A DNA stretch of 64,000 bases, from the NCBI RefSeq assembly GCF_006345805.1, contig NC_043016.1, positions 25,978,001-26,042,000 on the forward strand. The letters are read 5' to 3'. Under the pieces are notes generated by a model. It was not told the origin of the DNA. It saw only the letters and a program-made list of their open reading frames with translations, and searched no databases. Of this stretch, positions 1 to 13,065 are shown in pieces. The position numbers were made by a program, and so were the translations under genes. The stretch comes from Octopus sinensis (Eukaryota). How positions within the stretch are numbered: the stretch's first letter is position 1; each line of letters begins with the position of its first letter.

Positions 1-690
1 CCTATATTACTATATATTAATGCATTTAAGTGGTGAGTTCAAATTGCATGAGGTACATGCATGCATGTATGATGGTAATTAAGGTCACTTTTCATCAACA
101 TTATTAACATGACTTAACATCCATTTTTCAGGCTTGTATGAGTCAGACAGGGTTTATTGAGGCAGGTTCTCTACAACTGGATGCCCTTCCTGTTCTCAAG
201 CCGCACCTGTTTCCCATGGCCTGACATGTTTTCCTTCCATGGAAGACTAGAAAAGAACATCATCACATGTATGATAATAATGCTTATTTACGACCATCAT
301 ATAATGTCAAGACAAGAGTAGATACACACACACAGAGTTATGTATGCACACACATATGTATGCAATAGACTTCTTTCAGTTTCTGTCAGCCAAATCACAA
401 GGTTTTTGGTTGGTTTGGGGTTACAGTAGAAGACACTTGCCTGAAGTGAATCCAATTCTATTATGTTTTTGAAGCAAGCTTCTCAATCATACAACCACAC
501 CTATGTCTTTGTTATTCATAACAGCAGCATTAAATTACAGTTCATCATTTTCTATATGATTTCTTATTTTGACATTTGCATTAATTGTAATTAATTCAGT
601 GGGAATAGCATTTATACTGTCTTTTAGAAATTACTGTTTCTAATTCTTACTAAAAATTAATGATTTTTTTTTTTACCTTAACAGTTTATT

Positions 691-763
691 ATGAATTTCT
701 TGTCTGTGGCATATCGGCACTTTGCCAATATATTATTTCAAACCAATACAAAATTACTTTCAG
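691..763 (+). CDS. MRPS12: MRPS12 first coding exon (mitochondrial targeting presequence); exon starts at 685
   Basis: Acceptor ttttttttttaccttaacAG ends at 684; ATG at 691; donor CAG|GTAAGT at 763/764. The 73 coding nt (phase 1) join in frame to the exon at 9183. Peptide MNFLSVAYRHFANILFQTNTKLLSG has no acidic residues, as expected of a presequence. Confidence 0.8.
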
Positions 764-1484
764 GTAAGTTTTCCAAAATATATGTACTGATTTTAAATAC
801 TATTGTAAATGTTTTTTTGCAAAGATACCATTTTATCATTTTGATGTTATATGCACACACACACATACACACATGTATATACATTTGTACACTTCCCAGC
901 CAGGTTTTAGGTTGTCCCACAGCATGGCACCATGAACAAGTGTCTTTGGCTATAGTTCTGTGAATGGACTTGGAAGAAGGAAACTGAAAGAAGTTGATAG
1001 TATATAGATATATATGCACACACACAAATACATGAAACACACATCACTCCAACAGGTTTCTTATACATATACATACACACACACACAGAGGCCCACATAA
1101 TTTTAAGCTCACCCATGTACACATACTCGTGCCATTCACACATACGCACTCACACTCACCATACTCTGTGCACCATAGTTTGGTCAGGTCATCATTATTA
1201 TCTCCCTTCCATTCAGCCTCTTTGTTTCGGCCATTTCATCATGTGGAACCATTAATCCCTACACATTATTTTCTCTCCCTGTTTGTTTCCCTCTCAATCC
1301 TTTCTGTCAAAAAGTTTAGGCTTGAAACGTCAAAGTTTCCTCCATTCTTCTCGAGCGTTAAACTAATACGCCTGCTTGTTGTTCCTTCACCAGTCTTCAT
1401 CTTTTGTTTTCTGTAAATTTGAACTATATACATACATGCATGCATACGTACATACAGGCACACACACACACACACAAACATTAC

Positions 1485-1991
1485 ATTACATGGAAAAATG
1501 CAAGCATGAAAAGTCTTATTCTTAAGATTATAAACCTGGAAAAGTACAGGACAAGTTATTACACCTGTAAAAGTATAGGACAAGCTACTACTTCTAGTAA
1601 AGTAAAGAATAAGAAACTTTACTTAAAATATTGCAGCAAAGAATGCTAGTTCTTCTAATTTATCACTCTTTACAGTTCTCGTCTTTTAAATTTATTGTAC
1701 AAAATTTGTAAGTTTGTCTAATTAGTCACTTTTTTCTGTATTTAAGGGAGTAAATTAGCCAAAATCTACTTAAATATGTATAGTGTTATTTGTAAACTAT
1801 AATAAAATAAGTTTTAATATTCAAATTTTAATTTTAGCTGCAATATTTTAAGTAAAAAGTTTCTTATTCTTTACTTTACTTGAAGTAATAGTTTGTCCTA
1901 TACTTTTACAGGTGTAATAACTTGTCCTGTACGTTTCCAGGTTTATAATCTTAAGAATATGGCTTTTCATGCTCGCATTTTTCCATGTAAT
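1485..1991. mobile_element. Foldback/MITE-like element with ~153-bp terminal inverted repeats
   Basis: 1485-1637 is a close reverse complement of 1837-1991, around an AT-rich spacer. Confidence 0.8.
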
Positions 1992-2839
1992 CCATGATTT
2001 TTCTAGGCATTGTTGTTATAAGATAATTAATAATTTAAGATTAAAATACTGAAAGATAATATTTCAATTTTTCTATGTAAGTGATGATAATATTTCAATT
2101 TTTTTCATGTTTAAGTTACAAACAACAAGACCCCAAAACCATCAGTTACCAGGCTCACCTTAAGTAACCTAATTTTGCAATATTAGGAGGTCACAGGAAT
2201 TCATTCAACAGAAAAAAAATTCCAATGATTCCAGGATTTGCAACATATTAGGAGGTCAGGGTACTTGATTCCATGCAAAAAATCAATTTTTTTTTTCTTA
2301 GTGAAGATCGTGCGGGTGTTAATATAGAAATTGACCATAATGTTGTTGTTATTTAGCCTGAAATCAACCCTGATACAGCAAACGTATCGTCAAAGACATT
2401 CCAGCCTTCAGCTGACCATCTTTTTAGGGATAATCTAAGACATTACATACAATGGGCACATGATTTAGGTAGGAGGATACTTTGGCTGCTATTTTTAGTG
2501 TGTTGAGCGACCAGATAGAGGTTCTTTCATTGGTTTGATTGCATGATGAGATTTTTTACAAGGATATGTAATATGTATATATATCATTGGCAGAAGTTAG
2601 AGAGTAAGTCAAAAGCTGAGAGTTTCGTGTATTGGCACTTATCAAACACAAATTTGTCCATTGTCACTCTGTAACTTCTGACGAAATAACTTCTAAAATA
2701 CAAAATTTTGTCAAAAATGTTAAGTGTAAACCCTGTTCTATAAGACACATTCTACCAGTATTGGAAGTTTGAAAGCGTCTAGTTTAAAAAAATTAATTAA
2801 ATAATCTGTACATCTAATTGAATAGATCTAAAATGGAGG

Positions 2840-3085
2840 AAAGGCAAAGTCGACCTCTGCAGAATTTGAACTCAGAACATAAAGACAGACGAAATACTAC
2901 TTCTAAAATACAAAATGTTGTCAAAAACATTAAGAATAAAGTGTTTAGTTAAAAAAAATTGATTAAATAATCTGTATGTCAAAGTTGACCTCTGCGAAAT
3001 TTGAACTCAAAAACATAAAAAGAGACAGAATACTGCTAAGCATTTTACCCGGCGTGCTAACGTTTCTGCCAGCTCACTGCCTTAG
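2840..3085 (-). mobile_element. tRNA-derived SINE (family B here), partly duplicated locally
   Basis: Reverse complement of ggcgagctggcagaaacgttagcacgccggg...gagttcaaatt...gaggtcgactttgcc. Segments 2690-2820 and 2900-2980 are repeated. Confidence 0.75.
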
Positions 3086-3869
3086 AATGTAAACATTCAT
3101 TTTAGAAATATATTCTTTATTCTTATTGCTTAAGCGTTACTTCTTACTTCCTGACATTAAATTTCATAACTCTATCTCTACTAATTTTTGTTCAATGTGA
3201 CTAACGATTTTAAATTCCTCATGCATTTTTCTATCATTTAAGCCTAAGAAAAGTATACTTTTAATTTAAAATTTTAAAATTTATGTTAATTGAAAATGAA
3301 TATCTACCTTACTGACCACTTGAGGTCTGACATATTTTGATGTAACATTTTTCTACTGAACCAAATCTCAAACTATTTATGTCAAAGTGTAGCCGAGGAG
3401 GTGTCCCCTTTAAAACTATTAACAGTTTGTAATTTAGTTAAGAACTGAATTAGTGGTGAAGCTTGGAAGCTACTGCAATTGACAAAATGGTGGACTTAAG
3501 AATATATTCAACCACTACTGTGGTTGAATGATACATACATACATACACCACACACACACATACATATGTTTATGAATTTGTTTTGCAAAATTCCTGATGT
3601 GAAATCGTGTATTGAAACAGATATTGTTATATTTTGGGGTGGTCATTTTTTTTTTTTGACAAATAAACACATGCACTACATATTTGTGCTACACTTGTTT
3701 ATTATTGTTCTTATTTTATGTCCATTGTCTGGAAATCTTTCATCACATATCTGTGACCTCTTTAACGACCTTTCCATCCATGTGTATCTGACAAAAGATT
3801 TCGAGACAATGGACATAAGATAAAATAAGAAATTTCACTTGCTTCTACAAAAATTGCAATGCACAGGTG

Positions 3870-4590
3870 TTGTTGCTGTCAGTTCTCCCATCAGCAAACC
3901 TAATTGCTTCACACTTTGAAGCCATGTGAAATGAGACATTGGAAAACAGATAAGGATCAATGACAAGAGAGACTTCTCACTCTAAAATAATGCCTCTATA
4001 ACACATTTTTGATGATGGCCACCAACTCAGTCTTGGTATTACAGGCAGAGCATTTGGTGCCTTTCTCACATAGTGATCCATGGGATTGCAGTTAGAGGAA
4101 TTGGGGTTGGTGAAGTTGTAGAATTTCTCCAACAACCACTTCAAACTTTTTCTAGAGGTATAGCATAGAGTTGAATCATGCTACTACACATGGCCTTCCA
4201 GCAGCAACCCTCTCCAGCCAGGGTTTGATAGTCTCCAGCAACATAACAGCTGTATGAATTGAACCTAAGGCCTCGTTCAAAGATGTGGGGCTCATGAAAT
4301 CACTCTCACCCAAGACACATCCAAAGATAGTTTTGGGGAACTTGGTTTTCATGATGTCTGTGTCACATCTTATATAACCTTTTCAGTATTCACAGAACAT
4401 TGAGCAGCAGTCATGATGCCAGCATTTTGATACCCAATGTGAATCTTCACGATCCATTCATATGGCTTCTAGTCCTCCATAGCTAGTCTTTTCACAAATA
4501 CAACTTTAATCTTTATGCTCTCCAACACCACTGACTGTTCCTGAAGAATAGAGACATAAAAAATTGTCACGTTTAGTCCAAACACCCTAT
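3870..4590 (-). mobile_element. Decayed Tc1/mariner-superfamily (maT-like) transposase fragment
   Basis: Frameshifted translation KPWLERVAAGRP..HDSTLCYTSRKSLKWLLEKFYNFTNPNSSNCNPMDHY; TIR-like end near 4590. Confidence 0.7.
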
Positions 4591-5752
4591 GTCTGTCTGT
4601 CTATCGTTTTGTGTCTTGGGTGGGTCATTACACCAATAATAATAACACATGCACACACTGGTTCAGTATCACTTCTTCATCATTAGTCACTTGGTTAAAT
4701 ATCTAACCAACTAATCGATCATTTGTTTAATGCGCTGGTTAATCAAGAAATCAGTTGTTTGTCAGTAAGAGTTCTTTTGTCGCTGTTCATAACCCTTTTA
4801 GTGACTTCCCTCTCCCTAAAATACACACACGCAATGTGTTATTTGTCAGGAATACCTGTATACAATCTGCCTATAATCTTGCCACCTTATTCCTACTTTT
4901 CTCTGTAACCCCTGCCACTAATATCTTTCTTTCTCCCAATTCCTTCAGTTCTCCCTCTACCCCCGAATTTTTGGTGCATGATTTAAGGGCTATTTAGCTA
5001 TCATTTTTAGCACATCTCACAACCACCTGATGCCTTCCTTATTTGTCACTGATGTATTGATGTTTTCCTATATCTTTCTCCCTGCTTTCCCTGCAAACGC
5101 ATTTAACAGTATACTGTAGGATTTAAACCAAAAATTCGAACTGTCTGTATTTTAAAATGATTTTTTTTTTTTAAATCTGAAATTTTTAAAAAATTCTTTT
5201 TAATTTGGAAAATTCAAAAAAAAATTTTTTTATATATAGTCATGTGAATTCCCATCTGTAGAATAGAAATTCACAAAAAATTTCTGGAAATTTCCCAAAA
5301 TAAAAAAAGTTATGAGAGGTTATATGGGGTGCTTAAAGCAAAACTCCGCCACTAATCTAATTTTGCACTATCAAATACTAGATAATTATGCTCTCAATTA
5401 CACCATGTTGACTCAGCAATTTTGACTGTCAAAATAACAACTATAAATGTCTTTCTACTGTATAAGCTGAACAATCAAATCACCTTAGATGTCAGCATGA
5501 GAATTGTAGACAATTTAACAGCTACCTAACCTATACACACACACAATACACAAATACTGGTATGCCAATTAACTTTCAGCATAAATTCTTGCTATATTAA
5601 AATTATTTCTGCTTCTGGAGGTTGTGTCACAATTACTAATGTCAAATGAGAACAGCTCTACATAAGGAGGGGAGATAATCTGAAGACTCAAGAATTCGTT
5701 CAAGTTGACTTGCCATTGAGGAATGGGATGAGCTTATTGTCTGGATATCAAA

Positions 5753-5810
5753 GGATACTTATGGATATGCATTTCTGCTTCAATAGACATCATCAGCATG
5801 ATAATTGTCC
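5753..5810 (-). ncRNA. Decayed minimal type-I hammerhead ribozyme motif
   Basis: Minus strand: ggacaattatcatg CTGATGA tgtctattgaagca GAAA tgca TA tccataagtatcc. Confidence 0.5.
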
Positions 5811-6655
5811 TCGCCTAGCACCATCAGTTAAGGGACATAGACACATAAAAGGAGTAGAATGAATTTATAGCCTCAATAATTTGCATAACTTGAGAAAAAT
5901 GAGCTAAGAAAATTAACTCAGAGTGACTAGTGGTATGTTTATGAACAATGTAAACAAATGCAGGTATATCTAATACCATACAACATTAATTCTTGGTGTA
6001 TTAACTGTTTAGCTGCCTCTAGAAGACATATCACTTTTAACAAATGGCAGGTGAGACCAGCTCCATATGAGAATGTGTATACACACATACATATTCAAAC
6101 ATATATACACATCCATGTGTGTGTGTGAAACAATGATTCAGAGTACCTGAAACATGTGTAATGTATATAACTTTACAGTTAATCATTTTTATAGCATTTT
6201 AGCTGTGAAATTTGAGATGTTAAAAACTTACCATTCCCATATGTAAACTAAAAATATCTAAGGATCTTCTTACACACATACATGCACACTCGGGTAACTT
6301 GAACACTATATATAAAAGCTAGGATGTATTCTGGTAATCTCTGAGAAAGGGGCCCACATTTACATGCTGGCATAGGTTAGACAGAGTTTATTGAAGTAGA
6401 TTTTCTATGGCCATATGCCCTTCTTGTCTCCTACCTTCACCTGTTTCCAAGCAAGGTAATATTTTCCCATACCCAGACAAGTTTTTGTAGAATATTGGAA
6501 ATGAATAATACTGCTTCTATGATAGTGAAAATCATTTACAACTGCCACACAGTGGGCTTCTTTCAAGGATACACATGCATAACACTGATATGCACATACA
6601 TATATACATATAAATACCTACATATATATATATATATATATATATAAATATATAT

Positions 6656-8017
6656 GTCCTAATAAGTAGGAAGGCAGGCAAACCACAAATCCCTTCAGGT
6701 AGATGGCCCTGCTCAATCTGTAGAAAAGGTGTAGGTAGAAACTCTATAAGATGTACCCAGTGTAAGCTATGGACACATAAGAGGTGCAGCAATGTCAAAG
6801 GAAGGCTAACTGGGAAGATAGTTTTTGTATGTGGCAGATGCTCAGGAGCAATAAATAACACTGAAAATGTGCAGAGAACAACTTCCACCACATTCCAAGG
6901 AGAAAAACTAGAAGTAGTTGATAGCTTCTGTTACCTAGGTGACCAAGTCAGTAGCAGGGGAGAGTGTACTGAAAGTGTAGCTGCTAGAATAAGAATAACC
7001 TGGGCAAAGTTCAGAGAGCTCTTACCTCTGCTGGTGACAAAGGGCCTCTCGCTCAGAGTAAAAGATAGACTGTATGATGCATGTGTATGAACAGCCATGC
7101 TGCATGGCAGTGAAACATGGGCCTTGACTGCTGAGGACATGCGTAAGCTCACAAGGAATGAAGCCAGTATGCTCCGATGAATGTGTAATGTCAGTGTGCA
7201 TACTCGACAGAGTGTTAGGGCCTTGAGAGAAAAGTTGGACCTAAGAAGCATCAGATGTGGTGTGGAAGAGAGACAACTGTGCTGGTATGGCCATGTGGCG
7301 AGAATGGATGTGGATAGCTGTGTGAAAAAGTGCCACACCCTAGTGGTTGAGGGAACCTGTGGAAGAGGAAGACATTGGGCCTCACCAAGGCAATGACTAT
7401 GACCGAGACCTTTGGAAATATGCTGTGCTTGAGAAGACTCAGCAAGCGCAAGTGAGACCATAACCCTGTGGCCTATGCCAGGGGTGTAACCAGTCCACTT
7501 ATGCATACCTTTCCTTCATTGGACACTAAACTCTGCTTGCAAAGACCTGTTGAGGCAAGTGAAATCGAAATCAAATTCGATGACTGGCATCTGTGCTAGT
7601 GGAGCGCTAAGAGTACCATACGAGTGTGATAGTTGCCAGAGCAACAAGCTGGCCGCCGTGCTGATGGCATGTAAAAAACACCATTCAAGTATGATCAATA
7701 CCTGTGTCGCCTTACTGGCACTTGTGCTGGTGGCACATGAAAAAACATTCAAGCAATGGACTGGTCCTCTGCAGGTGGCACATAAAAAACACCATTTGAG
7801 TGTGGCCATTACCAGTACTGCCTGACTGGCCCTCTTGCCAGTGGAATGTAAAAGCACTCACTAGACTCTTGGAGTGGTTGGCATTAGGAAGGGTATCCAG
7901 CTGTAGAAACTGCCAGATCAGACTGGAGCCTGGTGCAGCCATCTGGTTTGCCAGACCTCAGTCAAATCGTCCAACCCATGCTAGCATGGAAAGCAGACAT
8001 TAAATGATGATGATGAT
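6656..8017 (+). mobile_element. 5'-truncated RTE-clade LINE
   Basis: EVVDSFCYLGDQVSS...RIRITWAKFRELLPLL and WYGHVARMD motifs with stops; repetitive 3' UTR; (GAT)n tail. Confidence 0.9.
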
Positions 8018-8026
8018 ATATATATA

Positions 8027-8580
8027 TCTCTATTTATAAAACTGAAATGCAAAAAGTTTGTTTGTTTGTTTGTCTGGAATAGTTTAAAGGCCACTAGATC
8101 CCGTCGGATTGACTCCAAAATTTACAGGGACATGTAAAATGAGGTGAGGATGCCAGTGGGCTAGGTTAGAAATCTTAAAAGGTGTCATTGCTAGGGCCAA
8201 AAACCCACTTTGACAAGTTGACTCTCATTCTTTTATGTATCTGTCTTCCTCCCTCACTCACTCTATTTCCTCCCCCCCATCACTTTCTATATATAACCTC
8301 GATAACGGCGTCTAACTCCCCTTCACTTTCTCTTTATAACTTCGTCAAACGGCGTTCTATATCTCGCTGTCTGCATTCATAGAGAGAATTATCATCGTCA
8401 CCACCACCACACAATCATGAGAACAAATATTATGAATCAGATATTTATTGGGTTAATTTATATGTGTGTGTGTATCTATATATAAATATGTATATATAAT
8501 GTATATATACTAAGTGTATATATCTGTATTTATATATACCACACTCTTACCCGCGCGTAGAGCGAGTCACCTTCAGCTAG
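8027..8580 (+). mobile_element. Non-autonomous Helitron
   Basis: A|TC...CTAG|T termini with a GC-rich subterminal hairpin-like motif (acccgcgcgtagagcgagt). The 5' motif TATAAAACTGAA is shared with the element at 62 kb. Confidence 0.7.
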
Positions 8581-8917
8581 TATATATATATATATAAAAC
8601 ACGTGATGGTGATGATGGCTAACATGCATGACCATTGCTGCCAGGTAATGTAAGCAAAACCCTTGCAGAGCTTTTAAGTCAGGTGCAGCTTGCACCATAC
8701 CACAATGACTCTCACTAGCTATGCTAAGGAACCCAGAGACAAGCAAAGTTCAAGATATCCAGCTTAGTAACACAGTGGGTTTTATATATGAGTTATCCTT
8801 CTCTTAGAGGGATGTTTTATCAAAGACTGGGGATCCCTAACTCCAAGTGATCTTACTGTGCCCTTGGACACCAGCCCAGTATTTCTATGTCCTGGCACTA
8901 TATATATATATTTATAT

Positions 8918-8948
<31 letters not shown>

Positions 8949-9182
8949 ATGGGCTTCTTTTAGTTTCTATTTAATAAACCCATTCAAAGGTTTTGGTTGG
9001 CTTAGGGCGATAGTAGTAAATATTTGCCCAAAGTGCTGCTCAGCAGGTCTGAGCTTGGGGTGGTTGTGAGGTTATCCATGCAGTCACATCTGCACCTAAC
9101 TACTTAAAATGTGTTTCTTCCAATTCTCTATTGCTTCGTGGTAAATAATTATTTTAAATATTTACATTTTCATTTCTTTTAG

Positions 9183-9547
9183 GTAATTACACTAGAACAC
9201 CACTTCTGGAATGCTGTCAACAAATGGCAACTTTAAATCAAATGCATAAGAATCCATGGCGACCCACGAAAAAGAAGAAGCGTCCAACATTCGGCCTCCC
9301 ATTTCTGCGTGGCATTGTCTTAAAAACTTTAATTAAAAAACCTAAAAAACCCAATTCGGCCAATCGAAAATGTGTTCGTGTGAGGCTTAGTAATGGTCGT
9401 GAAGCCACCGCTTATGTACCTGGAGAAGGACACAATCTTCAAGAGCATAGTATTGTTCTTGTTAGAGGAGGTAGATTACAAGACGTTCCTGGTGTAAAAT
9501 TAAAATGTGTGCGAGGGAAATATGATTTAGCACATGTAAAGAAATAA
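9183..9547 (+). CDS. MRPS12: Mitochondrial ribosomal protein S12, second coding exon
   Basis: Acceptor catttcttttAG ends at 9182. Contains [21 protein letters not shown] and [27 protein letters not shown], the hallmark metazoan mt-S12 motifs (Q before the conserved D). Stop TAA at 9545-9547. Confidence 0.97.
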
Positions 9548-9548
9548 A
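9543..9548 (+). terminator. Putative polyadenylation signal AATAAA overlapping the MRPS12 stop codon
   Basis: AAG AAA TAA A forms AATAAA, followed by a U/GU-rich tract (tttattctggtttctgtg...tctttattgtt). Confidence 0.5.
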
Positions 9549-9602
9549 TTTATTCTGGTTTCTGTGATTTAAGTCTTTATTGTTATTATTATGTTTCAGA
9601 TT

Positions 9603-10265
9603 AAGGTGGCAAGCTCATAGAATCATTATGCACTGGGTGAGCTTCAGAAACATTAGCACACTGGGCGAAATGCTTAGTGGTATTTCGTCTGCTGCTGTGT
9701 TCTGAGTTCAAATTCCGCCGAAGTTGACTTTGCCTTTCATCCTTTCAGGGGCGATAAATTAAGTACCAGTTACACACTGGTGTCGATATAATCGACTCAA
9801 TCCGTTTGTCTGTCCTTGTTTGTCCCCTCTATGTGCAGCCCCTTGTGGGCAGTAAAGAAATAAGCATCATTATGCACTGGACAAGATACTTAGCAGCATC
9901 TCATCTGCCTTTACATTTTGAGTTCAAATTTCACCAAGTTTGATTTTGTCTTTTACCCTTTTATTAAGTATCAGTCAAGTACTGGGGTTGATGTGATTGA
10001 CTTACCCCTCCCCACAAATTTCAAGTCTTGTGCCTATAGTAGAAAGGATTATTATTGTTTCAGATTAAGGTGGCATTAAGGGCGAAATGCTTAGCAGCAT
10101 CTCGTCTGTCTTTACATTTTGAGTTCAAATTCCACCAAAGTTGACTTTACCTTTCATCCTTTTTGGGGTCTATAAAATAGGTACCAGTTGAGCACTGGGA
10201 TTGAAGTAATTGATTCATCCCAATCCATGAAATTGATAGGCCTTGTGCCAGACTTTGAAACCATT
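9603..10265 (+). mobile_element. Cluster of family-B SINEs, including a young copy 9637-9865 nested in an older copy
   Basis: 15-bp TSD atcattatgcactgg at 9622-9636 and 9866-9880; further copies follow head-to-tail. Confidence 0.85.
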
Positions 10266-10424
10266 ATTATGTTTCAGATTGTGTAAATTATGAGGTTTGT
10301 TAGGCTATGGGTTTGTATCTCCCTTCAAATTTTGCCCTTTAATTCCCTAATAGTTCATAGCTAAACAAAATTAGTAGGAATGTCTGACAGTTGCTAAGCA
10401 AAGAATTACTGGCTTATATATCTA

Positions 10425-10459
<35 letters not shown>

Positions 10460-10463
<4 letters not shown>

Positions 10464-12549
10464 CCCCCGATCCCTTATCTGGTGGTCAATGAGGAAACTA
10501 GGGATAGATGAATGGCTGGTGAGGACTGTGCAAGCCATGTACAGAGATGCCGTAAGTAAGGTTAGGGTTAGCAACATGTACACAGAAGAATTCAAAGTAG
10601 AGGTTGGGGTCCACCAGGGTTCAGTACTCAGCCCCCTCCTATTTATCATAGTCCTACAGGCAATTACGGGAATTCAAGACAGGTTGTCCCTGGGAGCTCC
10701 TCTACGCTGACGACCTTGCTCTTATTGCTGAGTCACTATCAGAGCTGGAGGAGAAGTTCCAGGTGTGGAAGGAGGGTTTAGAATCGAGGGGCCTTAGAGT
10801 CAACCTAGCTAAAACCAAAGTACTAATAAGTAGGAAGGTAGACAATCCACAAATGTCTTCAGGAAGATGGCCCTGCTCGATCTGTAGAAAGGTGTAGGTA
10901 TAAAACTCTATAAGATGTACCCAGTGTAAGCTATGGACACATAAGAGGGCAGCAATGTCAAAGGTAGGCTAACTGGGAAGATAGTTTTTGTATGTGGCAG
11001 ATGCTCAGGAGCATTAACCTCCGAAAATCTGCAGAAAATAACTTCAGTCACTTTCCAAGGGAAAAACTAGAAGTAGTTGATAGCTTCCGTTAACTAGGTG
11101 ACCAAGTCAGTAGTGGTGGTGGTGCGCTGAAAGTGTAACTGCTAGAATAAGAATAGCCTGGGCAAAGTTTAGGGAGCTCTTACCTCTGCTGGTGACTAAA
11201 GGCCTCTCGCGTAAAAGGCAGACTGTATGATGCGTGTGTACGAACAGCCATGCTACATGGCAGTGAAACATGGGCCGTGACTGCCGAGGACATGCGTAAG
11301 CTCGTGAGGAATGAAGCCAGTATGCTCCGATGGATGTGTAATGTCAGTGTACATACTCGACAGAGCGTTAGCACCTTGAGAGAAATGTTGTACCTAAGAG
11401 GCATCAGTTGTGGTGTGCAAGAGAGATGATTGCGCTGGTATGGTCATGTGGCGAGAATGGATGAAGATAGGTGTGTGAGAAAGTGCCAATCCTAGCAGTT
11501 GAGGGAACCCGTGGAAGAGGTAGACCCAGGAAAACCTGGGACGAGGTGGTGAAGCACGACCTTCGAACTTTAGGCCTCACTGAGGAAATGACCAGCGACC
11601 GAGACCTTTGGAAATATTCTGTACGTGAGAAGACCAGGCAGGACAAGTGAGCCCAGCCCACTTACGAATGCCTTTCCTCCCTTGGACACAAGACCTGTTG
11701 AGGCAAGCGAAGTCGATATAGAACCTCATCCGACGACAGGCACCCATGCCAACCCCCCTTTGCTTGCGAAGACATGTTGGGGCAAGCGAAATCGAAATCG
11801 AAGTCAAAATCGAATTGAACCAGCCAGGATCCCTGGTCTGGTGGTACGTAAAAAGCACTATCCGACTCGTGGCCGATGCCAGCGCCGCCTCCACTGGCTT
11901 CTTTGCCGGTGGCACATAAAATACACCAATCTGACCGTACGACAGGTACCCATGCCAACCCCCTTGCTTGCGAAGACATGTTGGGGCAAGCGAAATCGAA
12001 TTGAACCAGCCAGGTTCCCTGGTCTGGTGGTACGTAAAAAGCACTATCCGACTCGTGGCCAATGCCAGCGCTGCCTCGTCTGGCTTCCGTGCCGGTGGCA
12101 CGTAAAATACACCAATCTGACCGTACAACAGGCACCCATGCCAACCCCCTTGCTTGCGAAGACATGTTGGGGCAAGCGAAATCGAAATCGAATTGAACCA
12201 GCCAGGATCCCTGGTCTGGTGGTACGTAAAAAGCACCATCCGACTCATAGCCGATGCCAGCACCGCACTCGTCTGGCTTCCGTGCCGGTGGCACATAAAT
12301 ACAAACCAATCCAACCGTGCCGTTGCCAGCCTCGCCTGGCACCTGTGCAGGTGGCACGTAAAAAGCACCCACTACACTCACGGAGTGGTTGGCGTTAGGA
12401 AGGGCATCCAGCTGTAGAAACACTGCCAGATAAGACTGGAGCCTGGTGCAGCCTGGCTTCCTTCCCAGATCCCCGGTCGAACCGTCCAACCCATGCTAGC
12501 ATGGAGAACGGACGTTAAACGATGATGATGATGATGATGATGATGATGA
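10460..12549 (+). mobile_element. 5'-truncated RTE-clade LINE (RT domain to 3' end)
   Basis: GVHQGSVLSPLLFIIV and YADD (10703-10714), with frameshifts and stops; tandem-repeat 3' UTR; (GAT)n tail; begins in (TA)n. Confidence 0.95.
11739..12360 (+). repeat. Tandem array of ~186-206-bp units in the RTE 3' UTR
   Basis: Units start at 11739, 11945 and 12131 (gg(c/t)acccatgccaacccc...). Confidence 0.9.
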
Positions 12550-13065
12550 TAATATATATATTATATATATATATAATAGACTAACCTACTAACATCACCC
12601 CCACCACCACCTCAGGTTTTGTAGTCTTGTGTGTTGCATTATGACTTTTCTTGTGCTGGTGGTATAAAAAAAAAGCTGCAAGTACATGCTGTAAAATGAT
12701 TGCTTTTAGGAAGGGCATCTAGCTGTAAAAACCAATATTTAAAGCTAACATTGGAGCAAAATACAGTCCTTCATTGATCCTGGCTGCTCATCCAAGTATA
12801 GAACATGGACATTAAATGGTGGTAGGGGAGGAGGATTCTTCATCAATTTCAGCTTATGAGAGTTCAAAAAGACAGTTGTTAGACTACCCACACAGATGGT
12901 TTGTTTTCAGTGGTGAATACTTATGCAGAACAAGTCAGATTTTTTGGAAATGCTGAAGGCAGAAGTTGGTATGAACGTTTGCCACAAACTCAATGAGCAA
13001 TATACCTCACACTTTTCTGTTTGTGTTCTTCATTTTCTGAGTTAGCAGCCTTTGCCATGACTTAA

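Noticed and set aside
11577-12489. Three long ORFs (257-275 aa) as novel proteins
   Set aside because: They coincide with the tandem array in an RTE 3' UTR; open frames on both strands follow from stop-free repeat units.
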